In this document: in pieces, positions 54,471 through 64,000 of the stretch | Position numbering within the stretch: the stretch's first letter is position 1 | How the letters are laid out: each line of letters starts with the position of its first letter | NCBI RefSeq assembly: GCF_006345805.1 | Contig: NC_043006.1 | Location: 6,944,001-7,008,000, forward strand | DNA length: 64,000 nt | Direction: 5' to 3' | Source: Octopus sinensis | Taxonomy: Eukaryota | The notes under the pieces: model-generated | What the model saw: the letters and a program-made list of their open reading frames with translations, nothing else | The model's database searches: none | Told to the model about the DNA's origin: nothing | Position numbers and translations under genes: made by a program

Positions 54471-54702
54471 TATATATTTATTTATATTGGAATATATTGG
54501 TATATATTTATGTATATTGGAATATATTGGTATATATTTATGTATATTGGAATATATTGGTATATATTTATGTATATTGGAATATATTGGTATATATTTA
54601 TGTATATTGGAATATATTGGTATATATTTATGTATATTGGAATATATTGGTATATATTTATGTATATTGGAATATATTGGTATATATTTATGTATATTGG
54701 AA
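54471..54702. repeat. 30-bp minisatellite (about 7.7 units)
   Basis: Unit tgtatattggaatatattggtatatattta, built from three related 10-mers; no spacers. Confidence 0.97.
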
Positions 54703-54934
54703 TGCTAAAACGATGCAAATCGAATTGTCACCAGCGATGAATAAAACCATGAGATAGTCCGGTCGATACCGAAACACAGTGATATGTAGGTGTGTGTGCA
54801 TGTGTGTATCTGTGTGTATATGTGTCTGTGTGTATTATTATGCATATATGTGTTGCCTGCAGTTATGTTTATATATATATATATAATATATATATATATA
54901 TGTATGTGTGTGTGTACATACATATATAGAAATA

Positions 54935-54990
<56 letters not shown>

Positions 54991-55040
54991 ATATATATAT
55001 TGTGTGTGTGTGTGTATGTGTGTGTGTGTATGTATAGATA

Positions 55041-55995
55041 AGGTTAGCTCTCTGGGAATATATGTCAGGTATCGATCTTCTAGCCGCCTCTTTAATCGGC
55101 GCCGATTTGCTGCCAATTCAAAAGTTTTCCAGTCTCTTATTTTTAGACCTTTATGCAGATGGACCTTTATACAATGGATGACATGCAAATATTTATGATT
55201 CGTATTTCTCCTTGCAAGGCATTTGGATTCAGCATTAGCCTGAACAAGAAATCCGTATGTTGAACAAGCTATCTTGTTTGAAGGAACAATTCTGAAAGTG
55301 GCAGACAAGTTTGTCTGCCTGGGCAGCACACTCAGCCGCTCTTGCTCCTTGGATGATAAAATATCTTTCAGACTGCAGAGAACAATTGATTCCTTCCGTC
55401 TCTTCAGTCGCGTGTCTGGTCCCAGCATGGCATCACAGAGCAGACAAAAATTGCTGTGTACTGTGTATGAATACTGACATCGCTCTTTCACTCATGTGAG
55501 ACATGGACACTTTACAAACGTCATCTAAGGGTCCTTGAATGCTTTCATCAGAGAATTCTCAGACACATTCTGAATGTTGACTGGACCTTAAAAACACAAG
55601 GACAGCTGATATATTGAGTATTGAGGCGATGGTGCACAAGCAGCGGTTCCGTTGGACAGGACATCTTATTAAAATGAAAGATAGCAGGATCTTTAAGCAT
55701 ATGCTATATAGGGAACTTGTGAATGGAATGAGATCCTGGCATAAAACCAAGAGTGCGATTAAAGGAAAGTGTCAAGTTCTCATGAAAGGCCTGTGATATA
55801 CAGAAGACTGACTGGGAGAGCAATGCCTGTCATCAACAAAGATAGAGGAAGCGGGTTAAGGAGGGGGTCTACACCTTTGAGAGAGCACGTATTCTGCACG
55901 AAGAACTTAAGCGTGCTGCTCGAAAGTAACTGCTGGTGTAGTGAATGTTTGCAGCCGAATATGCTTGTCAAGAGCAGGGCTCATTAGCCACTAAC
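55041..55995 (+). mobile_element. 5'-truncated RTE-clade LINE relic, followed by (GATA)n
   Basis: GIYVRYRSSSRLFNRRRF, DLYADG (YADD decayed), FVCLGSTLS, RFRWTGHLIKMKDSRIFKHMLYREL; stops and frameshifts. Confidence 0.88.
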
Positions 55996-56009
55996 ATAGA
56001 TAGATAGAC

Positions 56010-56077
<68 letters not shown>

Positions 56078-56260
56078 TAATATAATTTAAGATTACACGA
56101 GTGCCTCTCAAGACACGATTCCAATCCTTTGGTAAGTGTCTTGATGCAAAGTCGAGGATCACGAGTCACGTTTTGCTTGAAAGTTTAACAAGCATCATCT
56201 TGGCACAAACACTAGGCCTTCGAGTCATTCAGGCCGCAGGTTCAGTTATACAGAATATAT

Positions 56261-56572
56261 CACCGTGATCACCGTGACCGATCAGGCTATCAGATGTTGC
56301 TACGCATCGCTGGTCACAATGCGCTTCGCATTATTTTAGCCTTCAAATGATGCCACCCCGCTGGCTAAGCGAGCAGGCCAACAGAAGAAAGAGTGAGTGA
56401 AAGTTGTGGCGAAAGAGTACAGCAGGGATCGCCACCTTCCCCTGCCGGAACCTAGTGGAGCTTTAGGTGTTTTCGATCAATAAACACTCACAACGCCCGG
56501 TCTGGGAATCGAAACCGCGATCCCACGACCGCGAGTCCACTGCCCTAACCACTGGGCCATTGCGTCTCCATC
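56261..56572 (-). mobile_element. Full-length SINE family C with 14-bp TSD
   Basis: TSD tatacagaatatat at 56247-56260 and 56573-56586. Confidence 0.92.
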
Positions 56573-56642
56573 TATACAGAATATATATATATATATAACA
56601 TACATACATACATACATGCATACATACACATATATTGATATA

Positions 56643-57778
56643 CACACAAGCAAAGCATTTGACGGAGTGTATCATAAGATTCCTTTGAAAAATCTATCCA
56701 ACATTGCTGTCTCTGGAAAGTCAATGGATCAAGTATTTCCTGACAAGCAGAACCCAACACGTTATAGTCGAAGGAGTAAAATCAATTCCAGCCAAAGTCC
56801 AAAGTCAGTATTGGTGTTCCTCAAGGCACTGTGTTGGGCCCATTCCTTTTCATCATGTGCATCAATGACATTACTGACATCATCAAGCAAAGTAACATAA
56901 GAATCTTTGCAGATGATTCCAAGATCCAGATGGTCATCCATGAAGTGGGTGACCGGGCATGCCTTCAGTCAGATCTACTGGCTGTCATCCAATGGGCGGA
57001 AAAGAACAATATGCAGTAGAACGAGGACAAATTTGAATTAATCCACTTCGGAAAAGGGGATACGCTGAAACTCCCATGCTCCCTTCATTCAGGAGAAACT
57101 CCCATGGCATCCAACATCAGAGAATTGGGAGTAATTGTGGACAACAACATAAGCTGATCCGATCATACAAACAGCATGGCCCTGAGTATGTGTTCCTGGA
57201 ATCTCAGAACTATCCAGTCGAGAGATGTCCTCACCATTATCCTTTTCTTCTCCACATTGACCCGACCCCACCTTGAGTACTGTTGTCCACTGTGATCTCC
57301 TCACACGAAACAAAGTATCGTAAAAATTGAAGCACTTCAAAGGTCAATTACAGAAAAGATAGATGTCATAACAAGGCCTTGACTATTGGGTCGACTAGAA
57401 AAACTCAAGCTTTATTTTCTTCAACGCTGCCGTGAGCGCTACATCATCTGCATGATTTGGAAAGTATTCCATCACTATTGTCCAAATGATATTGGGCAAT
57501 ATTTAAGATACACCCATGACTTGGGCCCCCTGCTATCCGCCCACAACAAAAAGCCTACTCGCATCACATAACAACATTATGGCACAATTCTTTAACCTCG
57601 ATTGGCCCCGCTCCATTTAATATTACAGCAAAACCCATTAGAGCAGAGACAGACCCATAAAGATCAAGAAGTCTTTGGAAAAATTCCTTCAAAAATTCCC
57701 GGATAAACCTCATAAACACGGATATGACTACATAAGCAAGAACTTTCTACTTGAGTGTGCCATGTTGTCTGATTCCTA
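56643..57778 (+). mobile_element. 5'-truncated CR1-clade LINE relic
   Basis: SKAFDGVYHK, GVPQGTVLGPFLF, IFADDSK, RPHLEYC, KLKLYFLQRCRERY; stops and frameshifts. Confidence 0.88.
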
Positions 57779-57869
57779 ATTTGAATGACTTTGCCAATTT
57801 CTGCTATTTAGATATTGCCTGGACAGTACAGGGAGAAATCTATCAAATATACATATCATATAATATATA

Positions 57870-57911
<42 letters not shown>

Positions 57912-57986
57912 AATATTAGGGAATAAATCCAAATTTACAGGGAAAAATCAGATTTAGGATTGAATCCAATTTTATAGTAAAATATA

Positions 57987-58179
57987 ATATAATATTAATT
58001 AGAGACAAAACCACTATTATGCAAATCAAACAAAGAAAGACTTAATCCAATACATAAAAAATTTATATAAATTAAATATAATTAAGATATCTTAATTATA
58101 TTTAATTTATATAATTTTTTTTATGTATTGGATTAAGTCTTTCTTTGTTTGATTTGCATAATAGTGGTTTTGTCTCTAA

Positions 58180-58191
<12 letters not shown>
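57987..58191. repeat. 205-bp near-perfect spacerless palindrome
   Basis: Centred on GAT|ATC (58086-58091); arms differ only by one substitution and one indel in the A/T run. Confidence 0.95.
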
Positions 58192-58236
<45 letters not shown>

Positions 58237-58428
58237 GGAAAAAAAGTCAAGATAGAGAATGCTAAAATATTTTTATATAAACCATTTCAGTACCGGTTTC
58301 AGTCATTGAAACTTTTTCAACTCTAACAATTAGATAATTAAATTTAGAAAAATTAGATAGTTAGATATATAGATAGTTAGATAGATAGGTAGATAGATAG
58401 ATAGATATAGATATACACACACACTCAC

Positions 58429-58473
<45 letters not shown>

Positions 58474-58558
58474 CAATTACCAAGCAAATGTGGCGTCCTA
58501 TAGAACGCCACACTTGGTTGGCAATTACATGTTCTACACACACACATACACACACACA

Positions 58559-58608
<50 letters not shown>

Positions 58609-58609
<1 letters not shown>

Positions 58610-58647
58610 TAGCATTATGACCCGTCGTTGCCGAGTCATAGAGCTAG
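58609..58647 (-). mobile_element. Helitron 3'-end hairpin with CTAG at both ends
   Basis: Minus: CTAGCTCTATGACTCGGCAACGACGGGTCATAATGCTAG|T; same GCAACG loop and 8-nt spacing as 52197-52224 and 63801. Confidence 0.7.
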
Positions 58648-58789
58648 TGCATGTATATATGTGTATATATATGTGTACATATTACATGTACATCTATATA
58701 TATACATCTACACATGAAATACAAAATACAAAGTTATATCTTGATATCGCTAGTGATAACAATACTCAAAATATATGACAGACTGGAAT

Positions 58790-59330
58790 TGTAGGCCCGT
58801 CTCTTGCAATTTCGATCAGTAGTATCTTGTCCTCCCTCTGAAGTGTGGCTACAATCCAGCCTACCTCTACTTCTGGGGGGACATTTTAAACTTTTTTCCG
58901 GGACGTCCTACGTCCGAGATATAAAGGTAAAAATAAAATATTTCCACTTTGCAAGGTTCGAGTCAAGTACTCCCCTGCACGCTCCGTTGACTCGAACCTT
59001 GCTTCTACTGTGGCGAATTTTCCGCCTCTGGTTAGATACTTGATATCTTTCATGGTCGCACCAAGACACGTTTCGATGCTGCTTTCCTCCAAGTGTTCAA
59101 ATCTTTTTTTTCTCTACATTGTATACTTTATAGACAATAGTCTTTTGTTTATTTTAATGTTTTGTTTCGTTTGGTGGTGTTATTCTAGATTCACCGTCTT
59201 TGTCGGTGATCAATCCGAAATAGGTTTGTATTTTTTCCATTTTAATTTGAATGAGTTCGCGCCCGCCGACGGCTGCAGCGAAATTCATTTTTGGACTTTC
59301 TTCTATCGAAGGCATTTTAACAAAAATGCT
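58790..59330 (-). pseudogene. Possible LINE ORF1 (gag-like) relic
   Basis: Two collinear minus-strand ORF pieces (KMPSIEESPKMNFAAAVGG; IKYLTRGGKFATVEARFES..LFLPLYLGRR) that I associate from memory with LINE ORF1; not verified. Confidence 0.35.
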
Positions 59331-59999
59331 TCCGTATTTTTCCGTATTTTTCGGTGAAAATATTGTCAATTTCCCCAAACAGGGACACAATTCAATTTTT
59401 AAACAATAACCAAAGGGGGAGGGTTACGGTTTACAATTATTTAAATGTAACACAACAATGTTTCCCTGACGAGGAACCAACAAACGTGATAACAATAGTT
59501 AAACAGTAATAATAATAACAACAAACCTTACGGTGAATAAAAAAACAGTACGCGGTTGAAGCTATAGTCTTTACGTATAATAAATAAACCAACAGCATTA
59601 CTCAGTAGAAGCGGCTGTTCAAGAAAACAGACATTACATACAACCAAACTTCATATAGATACTTGATACTAGTTAATTAGCAGATAATCTAATGTAAAAT
59701 CTCCATCTGGACTATTCCATTTCTGCACACTAATTTTATTTTTAATTTATTCCCATTCTTGTGAAACCACTTATTCAAGTTCGAGTCATTGATGCAATTT
59801 TATATCAATTGCTACTTTTAATTTTAATTGTTATGTTACGATTTAATTTAGTTTGATTTTAATCATTACTTACTACATATAATTCAATTGTTATTATTAT
59901 CTCTAATTTTTTTTTATTGTTAAAGTGAAAGTATCTGACATAAAATAGAGAAATGTTTTTGTTTCACTTTTAACACGTAATAGTGGAGAAGATATGATA

Positions 60000-60170
60000 T
60001 TGCTATGGGCTCGCCCTAGGCACGAAGTTGAACATTTTGTTTGCCCATGAAACTACATGGACCCTAAGTAAGGCATGTGTAAAATTTGAATGAAATTGGT
60101 TGTGTACTTCTCAAGTTTTAGGGAAACTCACAGACAAACACACACACATTCTCAGTTTTATATATATAGA
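60000..60170 (-). mobile_element. Non-autonomous Helitron 5' portion
   Basis: Minus begins A|TCTATATATATAAAACTGAGAATGTGTGTG, parallel to A|TCTTTATATATAAAAGTGAGG at 51833. Confidence 0.65.
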
Positions 60171-60190
60171 TATACATATGTAGAACATAT

Positions 60191-60224
<34 letters not shown>

Positions 60225-61179
60225 ATATATATAATATATATAATATATATATATATATATACATATATATTTTACTTCCATATAACGTGTTATGTATAGG
60301 CAGTTATGTATATGATTGCATCGCATCATTTTCTGTATAGATGTTTGATATTGAAGCCTAAACTGAGAATATTTTCTAAGAAAATTAAATTAGCGATTAG
60401 CTTCATGTTTGTGTTGTTTAAGAACTTCAAATAGAAACATATTAAATACGCCTTCCTTTCCTCTACAAACATCAAATAATACGGTGCTGTATATTGTAAT
60501 GGAAATATCTCTTGAAGTTTTCACTGTGACATAGGATTGCCATAACAGACCTATTTATTATTTAATATCTCGAACTGACGCAAGGAATTCAAGTGAAGCG
60601 ATAAGGATTCCATGAAAGTATGATTTAAATATTTAAGAACCTCGTAAATATGTATTTATTTACATCGTTCTTGGCTGTTGTGGCAGAAACTGATAAAACG
60701 CAATTATTGTAGAAACTGTAGTTACCGATAGAGAAAACAAGACTGCAAGTGTATGAAATTCAATGCATCAGTTTGAGTCGCATTTTACGAATTTCATTTG
60801 AAATGTAATAAATAATAAAGCACGGATAATGAATGACGCTTGGAAATCCAGAAATGGTAATTAAGAAGATTTCACACGAATTGAAGTGATATTCGATAGC
60901 TACTCAGTTCAAAAATTTGGGATTTTCAGATTAGTACGTACAACTCCTCCTCCATCTTCTTCTCGTCTATCCCCGTCTATCTCTCATTTTCTCTCTCTCT
61001 CTCTCTGTCACTACTTCTCACCGATTTTCTCGATTTATCTGGCCCCACACTCTCTCCTTCTCTGTGACTTTTACAGACGGTCTCATGATAAGAATGCTCT
61101 TGCCCTCATATAATCTATAGATGCATTCGTATTCGAGATTTATATGTCTCTAACGCTTTCAAACTGTCTATTTTCAGGT

Positions 61180-61213
61180 AGGTAGGTAGGTAAGTAGGCA
61201 GGCAGGCATGCAA

Positions 61214-61288
<75 letters not shown>

Positions 61289-61342
61289 TATAGAGAGATA
61301 GACAGACATACAGAGAGACAGACAGACAAACAGATAGATGGG

Positions 61343-61395
<53 letters not shown>

Positions 61396-61451
61396 TGATC
61401 GATCGATCGATAGATAGATAGATAGATAGACAGACAGGCAGACAGACAATC

Positions 61452-61515
<64 letters not shown>

Positions 61516-61572
61516 CGATCGATCGATAGATAGATAGATATATAGATAGACAGACAGACAGACAGACAATCG

Positions 61573-61609
<37 letters not shown>

Positions 61610-61627
61610 GTAGGTAGGTAGATAGAT

Positions 61628-61682
<55 letters not shown>

Positions 61683-61715
61683 CAGACATACAGACAGACA
61701 ATCAGATAGATAGAT

Positions 61716-61791
<76 letters not shown>

Positions 61792-61800
61792 TAGATAGAT
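61180..61800. repeat. (GATA)n/(GACA)n array with higher-order units
   Basis: Variant gacagacaatc(a/g)gatagata recurs near 61441, 61561 and 61693. Confidence 0.95.
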
Positions 61801-61937
61801 TCCGTCATTCGGTCATTGCCTGAGACATAATCATCGGAAGATGAAATTGATTTCAGAAATTTATATGCGGAATTTATATCGGGAGTAATAAATACAAATT
61901 AGCAAGACCTGCAACAAATCTGAAGATTAGTTGAGTT

Positions 61938-62072
61938 CAAATGCCGCCGAGGTCGACTTCGCCTTTCATCCTTTCGGGGTCGATAAATTAAGCACCAGTT
62001 GAGTACTGGGTTCGATCTAATCGACTGGCCTCTTTACCCAAAATTTCGGGCCTTGTGCCTCGAGTAGAAATG
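61938..62072 (+). mobile_element. Headless SINE family B (second tail type)
   Basis: gagttcaaatgccgccgaggtcgac...gggccttgtgcctcgagtagaaa. Confidence 0.85.
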
Positions 62073-62492
62073 AAATCTGATGATTAGTTGTAAAAGACTG
62101 TTTGGTGAATTTTATTGAGAACCATCCTATTTCTATGGTCGCAGACTCGTGAGAAGATAAATTTCTTCGGATTTGTTATAAAGACATTTAAGTCACAGAC
62201 ACTTACGCTGGCACAGACCCACCCAGACATAACCACGCACTTTTGCACCCACATATATCAACGATACACTCTTTGCCGATACATGTACTCGATTATACAT
62301 TAAATTATCTAACTTATCAACAAATAACATCTAGTACGTTTCGAAACACCACTGGGTACAAAATAAAATTAGTGCTTTAATAAGCACTCGGTACCCTTAT
62401 CATTACCACGGTACGATAGCCAGTATTTACAGTAAAATCGCAGCAAAAATAGCTTTACAATCTTTTTACGTGACAAATACCGAAATTGAATA

Positions 62493-62909
62493 AGGCGGCG
62501 AGCTGGCATAAACGTTAGCACGCTGGGCGAAATGCTTAGCGGTATTTCGTCTGCCGTTACGTTGTGAGTTCAAATTCCGCCGAGGTCGACTTTGCCTTTC
62601 ATCCTTTCGGGGTCGATAAAACTAAGTACCAGTTACGCACTGGGGTCGATGTAATCGACTTAATACCTATGTCTGTCCGTGTTTGTCCTCTCTGTGTTTA
62701 GCCCCTTGTGGGTAATAAAGAAATAGGTATTTCGTCTGCCGCTACGTTCTGGGTTCAAATTCCGCCGAGGTCGACTTGGCCTTTCATCCTTTCGGGGTCG
62801 ATGAATTAAGTACCAGTTACGCACTGGGGTCGATATGATCGACTTAATCCGTTTGTCTGTTCTTGTTTCTCCCCCCTCTGTTTAGCCCCCTGTGGGCAAT
62901 AAAGAAATA
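62493..62909 (+). mobile_element. SINE family B head-to-tail dimer
   Basis: Junction AAAGAAATA|GGTATTTCGTC at 62725/62726. Confidence 0.9.
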
Positions 62910-63800
62910 GGAATGTAGATTGTAATTCTAATGAATGGTCAAGTACTTGGCACATTCATCAAAAATAATGATCGTCGTTTCGATCATGACTTGAATTCTG
63001 TCTCGAACTTGCGTTTTTCATTGGACCCTTAGGATTTTATAAAAGTAACTGCAAGTCGAACATGATAAGCATCTGACTTTGTTTTGTCCTCCGTTGTGAT
63101 ATCTCTCATATCTAATGACATATTCTCAGCCGTTTATATAAAGCAGTGTTACACAGATCAATAGAATGTACGTCTGTAACTTAACGATTCTAAAGCCAAC
63201 AAAATTACACACAACTTACATTAAACTTGTCCATTGTCTTACGTCTGGTTTAGCTAATGGCTGCCATTTCTTTATGTCATTACATGCTTAGTATATGTGA
63301 GTACATATATTTTTTTCTAGTGTGGAGTTTACGGCGAACAAATATTAATTGCATATTTAGATTTTAGTGAGACGTCTCCTGGTATTCGTTGAATGTTCAA
63401 TTGATTTTTAGTGGCGACGCTCTACTCGTACATTTTCTGCAAACACTTGAAAACATTGACAAGCAGCTTGACGTGGTCATGTGCATTGAAACATGAAAGA
63501 GATTAGCATATATAAATAAGAATAGAGATCAATACTTCGATTATATATTCGCGACTATGCCATGATTCTGAAAGCAATTCGATCGCACTGAATGTCTCAA
63601 GTTTTCAAATATATTATTAAGATTCAAATTTTACTGATTGCACCGAATTCACAACACTTCGGGTATAGATGTATTCTATGGTTTCCATCCATACATATAC
63701 ATGTGTGTGAGTGTGTGTATGTTTCTTGTATACACATATATCCATACATATAGGTAAACATATACATATATATGTGTGTGTGTGTGTGTGTATATATATA

Positions 63801-64000
63801 CTAGCAGAGATACCCGGCGTTGCCCGGTTACATTCAATTGAAGAATTAGACTTTTCTGTTATATATTTTCTGTAATGAACTGGAATATCTGTTTCGAATT
63901 TCATCAAAATTGCAGATGAGGGTTATTTCCCTCTTCACACACCCTAAAAAAATTGTAATCGTACCATTGATTTTTATGCGCATATTCCAAAATTCCAGTG
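63801..64000 (-). mobile_element. Helitron 3' end, running off the window
   Basis: Minus: CCGGGCAACGCCGGG, 8 nt, CTAG|T. Confidence 0.8.

Noticed and set aside
54471-54702. CRISPR-like array
   Set aside because: Contiguous 30-bp units with no unique spacers, in a eukaryotic context.

Overview
AT-rich eukaryotic DNA saturated with microsatellites and mobile-element relics. The SINE repertoire looks cephalopod (octopus-like); that is my recognition, not a database result. No intact protein-coding gene can be supported, and most ORF-track entries are translations of (TA)n, (CA)n, (GATA)n or (CTA)n repeats. Recognisable content: at least four tRNA-derived SINE families (several with 10-14 bp TSDs, three head-to-tail dimers sharing one junction); decayed LINEs (two CR1-type RT relics, a CR1-like 3' end, an RTE relic); two Penelope-like GIY-YIG relics; a Tc1 element with TIRs; a mariner transposase relic; two MITEs; non-autonomous Helitron pieces; an internally deleted Gypsy-like LTR element; and a 100-N gap flanked by a 2.6 kb probable haplotypic duplication. 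The most interesting signal is RNA-level. A well-formed type I hammerhead ribozyme (33167-33226, U3:A8 core variant) sits in a GC-rich island. Several more minimal or decayed hammerhead motifs lie in short (TA)n-embedded elements that also show internal inversions and a 205-bp spacerless palindrome. I infer a family of non-autonomous, Penelope-derived ribozyme elements. Two weak host-exon candidates exist on the minus strand.
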